Assembly: GCA_965230395.1 (NCBI GenBank)
Contig: CBDDKV010000001.1
Location: 654 to 64,653, forward strand
Direction of reading: 5' to 3'
Origin: Bacteroidales bacterium
GTDB taxonomy: Bacteria; Bacteroidota; Bacteroidia; Bacteroidales; UBA10428
DNA length: 64,000 nt
The position numbers and the translations under genes are program-made. The stretch's first letter is position 1. Every line of letters starts with the position of its first letter. Below the pieces are notes generated by a model. That model saw only the letters and a program-made list of their open reading frames with translations, was not told where the DNA came from and made no database searches. Positions 50,416 through 58,625 of the stretch are shown piece by piece.

Positions 50416-53400
50416 TTAGTTTTTAATGAACCTTACTCTTTGATTCTCATCAGTAGTAAGTATGTACATACCAGGCTTAAGCTTATTTACATCGATAGTA
50501 GTACCTTGTCCGGCTTCTACCTGCATTCCTGTTACGGTATAAATTTTATATTGTACAGTTGCATCAACTCCGGTTAAAATTATTTCGTCTGTAGCTGGTA
50601 CAGGAGAAATACCTATTTTACCGGCATTTGAAACAGAAGTAAGTGCAGAAGCTTTCGCATTAATTGATTTTAAGCTACCGCTATTATTGTTGTCGCCACC
50701 ATGCATCCAAACACTTTTTGTTATTTCTGTTTTCCAGTTGTTGGCTATGGTGCTGTTTACGTGAACTCCTGCCCTGCCCCAGTATCCTTCGGCATAGTTG
50801 CTCCCGGGACCGAACTTGTCCGTGTCGTCTTCCCAGTTGACATTGATGTAGGTCACATGGCGGATGACATCCTTGTTGGCATAGATATAATCGAAATAGG
50901 GAACAAACCACTCGTCCCAGATTTGCCCTGCCGATTTGCTTACACAGCCTGTTGCCGCATCTCCGTCCCATATTGGGCTCATATGGCAGTTTTTCAATTC
51001 CGTCAGGTCATATCCCTGGGGCGTAGATTCGGCTATCATCACCGGCTTTTTCTTGCTCCTGGCCAACGAAACCACCTCATCGGCAAGTTGTTTCTGTGTA
51101 TGTGGGTCATATCCGCTTACCAATGGTTTCTCCCCTGGAAGCATAAACCATGAAAGGCCCAACCAGTCTACATAGTCATCACCAGGCCACCAGTCTTGTA
51201 TATTCTCATGTTTTTTCTCAAGAATGTCGTCAATTGGCGAAGCACATGACTGCCATACGTAAGCTACGTTGTTTACACCTTCGCCACGCATTACGTCAAC
51301 GATTCTTCTCCATGCACTTTTAAATGCACCGGTATTGCTATAGCCAAGGTTCCACTTTCCGTCAAACTCGAAACCAATTCTTAGGTAGATAGGCTCGTTC
51401 GGGCGTCTTTTACAGAAGGCTGCAAGGGCCTTGATTTCTGTATCGTAAGCGCCCCCGCCTATTTGGGAGATACATCCTGAACACCATACGTCGCCCGGAT
51501 CACCGCCGTCTGCAATGTTTAGTGCGATAACCAGTGCCGATTCAGGATAACCGTCGGCTGCATTTCGTGCGTTTAAAGGCCCGGCCCCCCAGTTAATGTC
51601 ATTGTTATATGGGGTCCCGTCAGGGGCTTCACCCAATGCTCCGTATTGAGGATATGTCGGCTCTTCCAACGTGTGGAAAGAGTTGTACGATACAACAGCT
51701 CCGGGAACAGGGAACCCTTTTTGGTTGACCCCCCCGTTTATGTAGTCCTGTTCTGTTTTTAAATCCTGTCCTATTGACAGCAATATCTTTTTACCAGGAG
51801 GCAACAGTTTGGCCCCTGAAAGTGGATCGTTTCCGTTACCACAAGGAGGACATGAACCACCACAGTCTACGCCGGTCTCATCACCATTTTGGACACCGTC
51901 GTTACAGGTTGGTCCGGTTGAACATGCATTTGGACATGAACCACCGCAATCTACGCCGGTCTCATCACCGTTCTGGATGCCGTCTGTACAGGTAGGTTCA
52001 GTCCCTCCGGTAAATGAACACTTGTCTTTTGTAAAGGTAACTTTCTCTACTGGCGACAGGTATTGCCCAGTGGCATTGTCCTGTGCTTTGAATTGAATTT
52101 CGTATTGCTGTCCAAGGGCAGCATCGAAGTCTTTATAGTAGTAACCGTCTTTCTTTTCTCCGGTAACACAATATCCATCAAGGCATACATACTGCCATGA
52201 TGCCGACCAGCCATTATCCTTATGGTAAACCCTTACCGTGTTGTCGTTTACATGGCTTATACCAAACTCCCCACAGTTTCCTTCGCCTACTGCTGCACAA
52301 CTGTTCGGGCATGAACCGCCACAATCTATTCCGGTTTCATCGCCATTCTGGATACCATCGCTACAGGTTGGTCCGGTTGTACACGCAGGACATGGGCCGC
52401 CGCAGTCTACACCGGTCTCACCGCCGTTTTGGACACCATCGGTACATGTAGGATCGGCATCGTTAACTACAAATGAACATTTCTCTTTTGTGAATGTAAC
52501 CTTCTCCTCTGGTGACAGGTACTGGCCCGTCGCATTGTCCTCTGCTTTAAACTGGATGGTATACTGCTGGCCAAGGGCGGCTTTGAAATCTTTATAATAG
52601 TAACCGTCTTTCTTTTCCCCGGCTACACAATATCCGTCAAGGCATACATACTGCCATTGGGCCGACCAGCCATTGTCTTTGTGATAAACACGGATGGTAT
52701 TGTCGTTTACGTAGCTTACGCCAAATTCTTTACAGGTCCCACTTGTTCCACAGCTGTTCGGGCATGAACCGCCACAATCAACACCTTCTTCGTCTCCGTT
52801 CTGGATACCATCGCTACACGTTGGCCCGTTTGTACAGGCTGGGCATGGGCCCCCACAGTCAATGCCTGTTTCCCCCTGGTTTTTAATCCCGTCGCTACAG
52901 CTTGGGGCTGTGCTTCCGTTGTAATGGATATAGCGCGGCTTGTTTACGTAGCTGTTCCAATGGCTTAATACCGCTGAGTTCTTCTCAACACGTGAATCGC
53001 CCCATTCCGGTCCCCAACCGTGTGAGTTCCAGTCTGAATTGATATAGGCAAGGGCCCTTACATCATTATTTTCCACAACGGCGAACAACCTGTCAAGGTA
53101 ATCGTTAAAACCAGAAACACTTGCCGCTGCGGGTGACTGGACTGCTGATTCTGCAATAATGATGGGTTTACCTTTTTGTTTTGCAAAATCCATACTTTGT
53201 TGCAGGTTAGGGTCAACCTGGCTGCCCTGGCAATTAAAGGTCCCGTTGCACTCCAGGCATATATCGTTGTTGAATACCGAGAACCCTACAAAATCTACAT
53301 ACTCGTCACCTGGGTACAGGTCTCTGGTATCGTTAAACCCTCTGACCGGGTGATAAACGAAATCCACGTTTTTTGCTATGGCGCGGATACGCTTTGCCAT

Positions 53401-53901
53401 GCGGTTGTAGGCATTTATATATGCCTGTGTGTCACCGCCGGGGGCAAACATGTAAAGGCTCACCTCGTAGCCTAAACGGACGTAGAACTTTAGGTTTGAA
53501 TGATCGGCAAACGTTTGGGCAATCTTGTCGATTTGTGTGTCAAGGTTTCCTGAATTAATGGCCTGCAATGCACTGTACGTGTCCCCAAAACCGCCTGCCC
53601 CAGGGTTGTCCTTGATGCTTATTGCTATTAATGCATAAGCCCCCGGGTAGGTGTTGTTCATGTAGGTCAGGAAACCGTTTCCAAACGCATCGTTGCCCTG
53701 GTTAATTTCCCCGGAGTAAATTTCTCCATAATGGGAAGAGCCCCCAGGGGGCTTAACACCGCTTACATAGTCCTGGAATTCCTGCTGCCAGGTTTGGCCG
53801 ATTAACAAAACGGTTTTTCCCGATCCCGGATCGTACTTTTGTGCCGCCAATGTATAGCATAATGCCAACATTAGCACAGACAAAAAGGTTTTTGTTTTCA
53901 T
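50416..53901 (-). CDS. T9SS-secreted enzyme with two catalytic domains. Domain order: GH26-like lineage B, mini-modules/X/mini-modules/X/mini-modules, GH26-like lineage C, CTD
   Basis: 1161 aa with a signal peptide ending LAAQ. Lineage B motifs: [50 protein letters not shown]. Lineage C motifs: LLSIGQDL, YLRIGFEFDGKWN, WWPGDDYVDWLGLSWF, VMIAESTPQGYD. The tail ends ...PGMYILTTDENQRVRFIKN. Confidence 0.9.
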   Translation of the reverse strand: MKTKTFLSVLMLALCYTLAAQKYDPGSGKTVLLIGQTWQQEFQDYVSGVKPPGGSSHYGEIYSGEINQGNDAFGNGFLTYMNNTYPGAYALIAISIKDNPGAGGFGDTYSALQAINSGNLDTQIDKIAQTFADHSNLKFYVRLGYEVSLYMFAPGGDTQAYINAYNRMAKRIRAIAKNVDFVYHPVRGFNDTRDLYPGDEYVDFVGFSVFNNDICLECNGTFNCQGSQVDPNLQQSMDFAKQKGKPIIIAESAVQSPAAASVSGFNDYLDRLFAVVENNDVRALAYINSDWNSHGWGPEWGDSRVEKNSAVLSHWNSYVNKPRYIHYNGSTAPSCSDGIKNQGETGIDCGGPCPACTNGPTCSDGIQNGDEEGVDCGGSCPNSCGTSGTCKEFGVSYVNDNTIRVYHKDNGWSAQWQYVCLDGYCVAGEKKDGYYYKDFKAALGQQYTIQFKAEDNATGQYLSPEEKVTFTKEKCSFVVNDADPTCTDGVQNGGETGVDCGGPCPACTTGPTCSDGIQNGDETGIDCGGSCPNSCAAVGEGNCGEFGISHVNDNTVRVYHKDNGWSASWQYVCLDGYCVTGEKKDGYYYKDFDAALGQQYEIQFKAQDNATGQYLSPVEKVTFTKDKCSFTGGTEPTCTDGIQNGDETGVDCGGSCPNACSTGPTCNDGVQNGDETGVDCGGSCPPCGNGNDPLSGAKLLPPGKKILLSIGQDLKTEQDYINGGVNQKGFPVPGAVVSYNSFHTLEEPTYPQYGALGEAPDGTPYNNDINWGAGPLNARNAADGYPESALVIALNIADGGDPGDVWCSGCISQIGGGAYDTEIKALAAFCKRRPNEPIYLRIGFEFDGKWNLGYSNTGAFKSAWRRIVDVMRGEGVNNVAYVWQSCASPIDDILEKKHENIQDWWPGDDYVDWLGLSWFMLPGEKPLVSGYDPHTQKQLADEVVSLARSKKKPVMIAESTPQGYDLTELKNCHMSPIWDGDAATGCVSKSAGQIWDEWFVPYFDYIYANKDVIRHVTYINVNWEDDTDKFGPGSNYAEGYWGRAGVHVNSTIANNWKTEITKSVWMHGGDNNNSGSLKSINAKASALTSVSNAGKIGISPVPATDEIILTGVDATVQYKIYTVTGMQVEAGQGTTIDVNKLKPGMYILTTDENQRVRFIKN
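51840..52910 (-). repeat. Cys-rich mini-module / X-domain block (coding)
   Basis: Six mini-modules and two near-identical X domains (G[TN]C.EFG[VI]S[YH]VNDNT[IV]RVYHKDNGWSA.WQYVCLDGYCV.GEKKDGYYYKDF...). Confidence 0.8.
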
Positions 53902-54032
53902 AATAATAAAGTTATTGGTTAGTAATGGGCGTACCGGATTTCTATTTACCTCTCGGCTGTTTTCTTTTTAGAGCGATAATAACTTATCCGGTTGCCTTAA
54001 TAGGATTGTTTCTCGGTTCAATTGATTTATTT

Positions 54033-54072
54033 CAAAAAGAAAGAGTCCACTCTGGTTAATAGAGTGGACTCT
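54033..54072 (-). terminator. Terminator of 54078..57998
   Basis: On the minus strand, AGAGTCCACTCT-ATTAACC-AGAGTGGACTCT is followed by TTCTTTTTG. Confidence 0.8.
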
Positions 54073-54077
54073 GGTTT

Positions 54078-57000
54078 TTATTCCTTAATGAATTTTACCC
54101 TTTGATTAGAATTTGTGATTAAAATATATAATCCTGCATCTATATTGGATATATCTACTACTTTACCTTTACTGTTTATAACATTTACGCCTGAAATGTT
54201 ATAGATTGAGTAAGATGTATTTTCATCAATACCTCCAATGTATAATTTACCAGAGGCCGGGTTAGGATATACGTTAACTGTGTTTGCCAAAGAATATGAA
54301 CTTTGAGAAGCTTTGAAGTTTTCTTTCATTCCAGGGGTACGTGATCCACCACTGTATACATTGATTTCTGCTATTGCATAAACCTTACCACCGCCTACAG
54401 CTCCTACTTCAAATTCGAAGTCATCGCTAAATACGCCGGCTCCTGAAGGTAATGTGTAGTTATAGTTAAATGTAACAACATCTCCATCTTTAACACCCTG
54501 AACGGTATATGGCTGGCCCGGAGTTGTCGGGTAGCTTCCCTTATCGGTTCCGTTTACAATAATTTTAAGGTAACAGAAGCCTTTAGCAATACCTTCTACC
54601 AATGGTTCAAAAGTTATTGTTGGCGCTGAACCACCCTGACTGGTAACAACTGCTTTAAAGTTTCCGCTTCCATCAACAAAGTCGCTAGTGGTTCCATTGC
54701 TTTCTGTGCCATAAACACGCATGTACCGGCCTGTAAGTTCACTATTATAAGAAACTTCACCTCCTTTTGCCCCAGTCTCAGAAGCTATGGTTTGAACGGT
54801 AGTAAAATCTCTATCGTTAGATACCTGTACTTCGTAAGCTGTAGCAAAGTAGCTTGAATGCCATGTTATGTCTACCTGGTCGAATTTAACTTCGCTTCCA
54901 AAATCCATAGCTAACCATTGTGGATTATCGCTTTCCTGACTAACCCAGCTTGTTGCTACATCGTTATCAACAACATTATAAGGATCTTCAACTTCTGAAG
55001 AAGCCCAAATTGTAGCATCTTGTCCTATTTCTGGTACTACATGAATCACAACATCATCAGTAACTACGTTTCCATCATTGTCGGTTACTGCTAATGTTAT
55101 AGTATGTGCCCCAACAGTAAGTACAGCTTCGGCAACTTCGCCAGTAGCTATCGTATTGTTGGCTTCTGTCCAAACCCACGATGTTATTTCACCAACAGCA
55201 TCGAAACTTCCCGAACCATCCAGGGTTACTGTTTCTGAACCATTTCCATCTACATCAGTAACAATCTGGTCTTCGCCAGCTTTTGCAACAGGCTCGCCAG
55301 CAGTTACAAATACTTCAATTGTTCTTGTTTTAACTTTACCTTCACTTGTTGTAATTGAAAGCTCAATAGAATGTGTCCCGTTCGCAAGGGTTACATTAGC
55401 TGTCATCCCTGAAGCTGCGTTTTCGCCGTCAACTTTCCATGAATAGTTTGTAATTGAGCCTGTTGGGTGGCTTGAACATGAGGCATCAAGCATTACATTT
55501 TCACTACCGTTTTTATCTTCATCAATAATTATTTCTTCGTTTGCTGGTGACTTAATACATGCGTAACCATCGATAGACTGAGTTTCTGCTACCAATTCAC
55601 CAGCAGGAACAGCGATAACAGTTCCATTAGAGAATTCAACAACTATTTCAGATGCAGTTGGGTTGTATGCAACGTAAGTTAAATCGGAACCTTCTCCGAA
55701 TACTGCGTACGAAGGTGTGTTTGCTGTAATATCCGAACGGTATGGTCCCATTGCTGCCATATTATGTATCCAGTGATAATAATGAGGGGCCGTTTCGCTT
55801 GGTGGACTGGGCTCTGTTTCCCCATGAGGCTGAGTTTTGTAATATCCCAATGCCCTTTGTGGATCAGCTAATGCTAAATACTCCCAGAAAAGTTCGTTCC
55901 ATCTGTTAACACTTCCGTACTTATTAATAAACCAATCGATAAGTTTTGTTTTAACATACTCCGGGTTACGGGCTAAGTAAGTTGAAGCAGCTGTCATTGG
56001 AAGTAGGTTAATACCTACAGGGTATTCCTGATAACCTGTTTGCTCACTTCCAAACCAGGTCGAAAAGTCTGATTTATCACCAAACACAAAACCTGACATT
56101 GGATATAAATAGTCGGCTTCGTAACCAAAAATTGCATGTTCTTTATTTCCGAAATCTTTACCTTTTGGATATGTTATTTCATTGTAATCCCACCAGTAAT
56201 TTAATGTTGCGTCAGATTCGGTTGTATATATATAAATTCCTAAATCACGAATTTCTTTGTTACCCGTTTGCATGCCCCAAAGAGCAACTGCTGAAGCATA
56301 GTTTAATGCCTCTGAACTTGATTCCTGGTTGTTTCCATCACGGAAATCTGCATCTCCAGTTGCCCAGGAAAATCCTTGATATGGGCTCATGAACCGTAAT
56401 GGAGGGAACATTGGGTCATCTCTTTTCCAGTTATTGGTATACTTTATAAGGTTCTCAACTCTACCACCCCAATCTTTTGCCCATTGAGGGTTGTATTTAG
56501 CAAGAATAGCTGCTGCTTTTATCATGTATCCCATTTGAAAGTGTGCATCGTTTAAGTGCGCATCACTAAACATCCCGCTTTCCGGTGGAATACCTATAAG
56601 GGCTCCATAATTTGAATCGTAGTAAAAATAAACTTTGTCCCCATCCTCATAGGTTAACCAGTCTTCTAAATTTCTTCTGACCCATGCAAGAAGGGTATCA
56701 CGTTGTTCTGTTAATCCAACCTGGTCTGCTATGTCAATAACCTGAGCTGTTCTTCCCAATGTTACACCAGTAGCATATACTGTATTGCCCTGGAACACAT
56801 TATTACCTTCTCCAGCTGCAATTACTTCATCAACTTTTGCTATTAGTTCCTCGTCGCTATATCCACTTTCCTCTGTAGCGACCAATGGAAATGCGGGCAG
56901 AACACCGTAGTACTTCAATTCCGTCTCAAAAACACCACCTTCGGCTTCTATTAGTTTCATGTCTCCCCTGGCAGAGTTGAATTTAATATCGTGCGGCGCA

Positions 57001-57998
57001 AGGCTACCTTTATAGTTTAACCACTGGTGCGGATATAATGCATAAAGCAGTTTATTTCCAGCGTCTTCTTTTTGCTCAAATGTTGCAGTAAACGTTGTTT
57101 TTACAAGCGCATTTTGCTCATCGTATACCCAATCTACTTTTGTATCGGTAATTATGTTATATGCAAATTTGTTTAAATATTTTATATCCGCTATTTTCTT
57201 GTTAATGTCAATATTATCAGGAATATTAGCTACAGAAAAGTAATCTTTGCCTGCCAGGTCTGACGTTAAAGTAATTTTACCTTCTGAATCTGTTGTATAG
57301 GACCATGTTGAGCCTGTTGGTGCATATAATGCATAACTATCTTTCCAGTCTACCCATTGTGATCCCCAGTCATCGTAAAACCTGATAGTTACCTCAACGG
57401 CGATCACATTTCCTTCGTTATACCATACGGTAGAAGGAAGCTTGGTCTTCACCATTATCCCATTATTGGATGTAAAATTCACAAATGGATTACCGTTAGA
57501 AGTGTATGTAACTAATGCTCCATTGTCCTGCGAAATTTTTATTCCCCAATCTGAGTACGCATCAACTTTAGGTTCTCCTGCCGTTCCACTAAGCGTTGTT
57601 ACAATAAGTGCATCAGATGCCTCATGAACATGCCTAAAGTGGGGGTTTGCAGGGCCTGCATTGTAAACAAAGCGCAAGTTCATTGCCGTAAGGCTGGGTC
57701 CACCGCTTCCTTTGTCTACATGAACACACATGGGATCGGCAATAAGGCTAATCATGTTAGGATAGTCGCCATCAGACCAGTTATTTCCATCGAAGTAAAG
57801 GTTTGAATACCAGCTATGGGTATTAAAAGGAGCCTTCATATTACCCGTATAACGAACCGGAGAGACCGGTAAGTTTGCTCCTGAAGAATTGTCTGTTGAA
57901 TAAGGCTCCCCTGTTGGTTGAGAGTAGCCATAATTCATTGTTAATGTAATGAGTACCATTAGGGTACCCACTAATTTGATCGTTTTTAGTTTTCCCAT
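54078..57998 (-). CDS. T9SS-secreted GH81 endo-beta-1,3-glucanase. Domain order: GH81, 2 PKD, discoidin with nested insert, CTD
   Basis: 1306 aa with a signal peptide ending GYSQ. GH81 core signature: LNDAHFQMGYMIKAAAILA...FPPLRFMSPYQGFSWATG...DGNNQESSSEALNYASAVALWG (~56290-56335). PKD motif: VTLDGSGSFDAVGEITSWVW. Discoidin motif: VVDNDVATSWVS...GRYMRVYG. The tail ends ...AGLYILITNSNQRVKFIKE. Confidence 0.92.
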   Translation of the reverse strand: MGKLKTIKLVGTLMVLITLTMNYGYSQPTGEPYSTDNSSGANLPVSPVRYTGNMKAPFNTHSWYSNLYFDGNNWSDGDYPNMISLIADPMCVHVDKGSGGPSLTAMNLRFVYNAGPANPHFRHVHEASDALIVTTLSGTAGEPKVDAYSDWGIKISQDNGALVTYTSNGNPFVNFTSNNGIMVKTKLPSTVWYNEGNVIAVEVTIRFYDDWGSQWVDWKDSYALYAPTGSTWSYTTDSEGKITLTSDLAGKDYFSVANIPDNIDINKKIADIKYLNKFAYNIITDTKVDWVYDEQNALVKTTFTATFEQKEDAGNKLLYALYPHQWLNYKGSLAPHDIKFNSARGDMKLIEAEGGVFETELKYYGVLPAFPLVATEESGYSDEELIAKVDEVIAAGEGNNVFQGNTVYATGVTLGRTAQVIDIADQVGLTEQRDTLLAWVRRNLEDWLTYEDGDKVYFYYDSNYGALIGIPPESGMFSDAHLNDAHFQMGYMIKAAAILAKYNPQWAKDWGGRVENLIKYTNNWKRDDPMFPPLRFMSPYQGFSWATGDADFRDGNNQESSSEALNYASAVALWGMQTGNKEIRDLGIYIYTTESDATLNYWWDYNEITYPKGKDFGNKEHAIFGYEADYLYPMSGFVFGDKSDFSTWFGSEQTGYQEYPVGINLLPMTAASTYLARNPEYVKTKLIDWFINKYGSVNRWNELFWEYLALADPQRALGYYKTQPHGETEPSPPSETAPHYYHWIHNMAAMGPYRSDITANTPSYAVFGEGSDLTYVAYNPTASEIVVEFSNGTVIAVPAGELVAETQSIDGYACIKSPANEEIIIDEDKNGSENVMLDASCSSHPTGSITNYSWKVDGENAASGMTANVTLANGTHSIELSITTSEGKVKTRTIEVFVTAGEPVAKAGEDQIVTDVDGNGSETVTLDGSGSFDAVGEITSWVWTEANNTIATGEVAEAVLTVGAHTITLAVTDNDGNVVTDDVVIHVVPEIGQDATIWASSEVEDPYNVVDNDVATSWVSQESDNPQWLAMDFGSEVKFDQVDITWHSSYFATAYEVQVSNDRDFTTVQTIASETGAKGGEVSYNSELTGRYMRVYGTESNGTTSDFVDGSGNFKAVVTSQGGSAPTITFEPLVEGIAKGFCYLKIIVNGTDKGSYPTTPGQPYTVQGVKDGDVVTFNYNYTLPSGAGVFSDDFEFEVGAVGGGKVYAIAEINVYSGGSRTPGMKENFKASQSSYSLANTVNVYPNPASGKLYIGGIDENTSYSIYNISGVNVINSKGKVVDISNIDAGLYILITNSNQRVKFIKE

Positions 57999-58335
57999 TG
58001 TTAGGTTAGTTTAATTAATAATTTAAATCTGTGAGTGAGAGATCAAAACAATCCGGACCACTGATTCTTATGAGATAGGGTATATTGCCGAGAGCATATT
58101 TACTTCTGGTTTATGAAGCATAAAAATGCTACAGCTTATGTATGTTCCGAATAATGAGAGCCTATTGCATTTTAAATTGCGACAGGGTGTTTTGAATGAG
58201 AAAATGTGAGAGTCAAATGAAACCGTATGAGGTTTTCAGGATTCACCTGAATATGTGTTTTGTAGTAGTTCATTGTTTTAGTAGTTTTTAGGTTGTGTGT
58301 GTTTCGTTAGTTTGTTAGTTGTAGTTGTTTTTACA

Positions 58336-58548
58336 TCAATAAAGCTTTACGTTTTGTTTGTTCGAAATAGATAAAAATCTTATATCCTGTTCAGAATCGT
58401 TACTATGATCGCTAATGACCAGATACTTTCCGTCCGGAAACTGTAACCTGTCTTTTAACAAACCTTCTCCCAGACCTTTGTAAACCAATTCTCCCGCTTG
58501 GTTGAACACAACATAGGAACAATTTTTATCTATCCGGTTAATCATCAT
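58336..58548 (-). pseudogene. Stand-alone T9SS CTD-like ORF, a probable relic
   Basis: In this 70-aa ORF, INRIDKNCSYVVFNQAGELVYKG...FPDGKYLVISD parallels ITGLDKNEYYTVYNFAGKAVF...LASGMYFLRTG of the adjacent gene. It has no signal peptide or cargo domain. Confidence 0.5.
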
Positions 58549-58567
58549 TTTTGTTTGTTTTTGAAAT

Positions 58568-58589
58568 ACTGCCCCTTTTCAGGGGCAGT
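58568..58589 (-). terminator. Terminator hairpin after 58626..62465 (could act on either strand)
   Basis: ACTGCCCC-TTTTCA-GGGGCAGT. The T-run is on the plus side and an A-rich stretch is on the other. Confidence 0.6.
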
Positions 58590-58625
58590 TTTCTTTTAAC
58601 CTTAATCCATTAAATGCTCATCATA

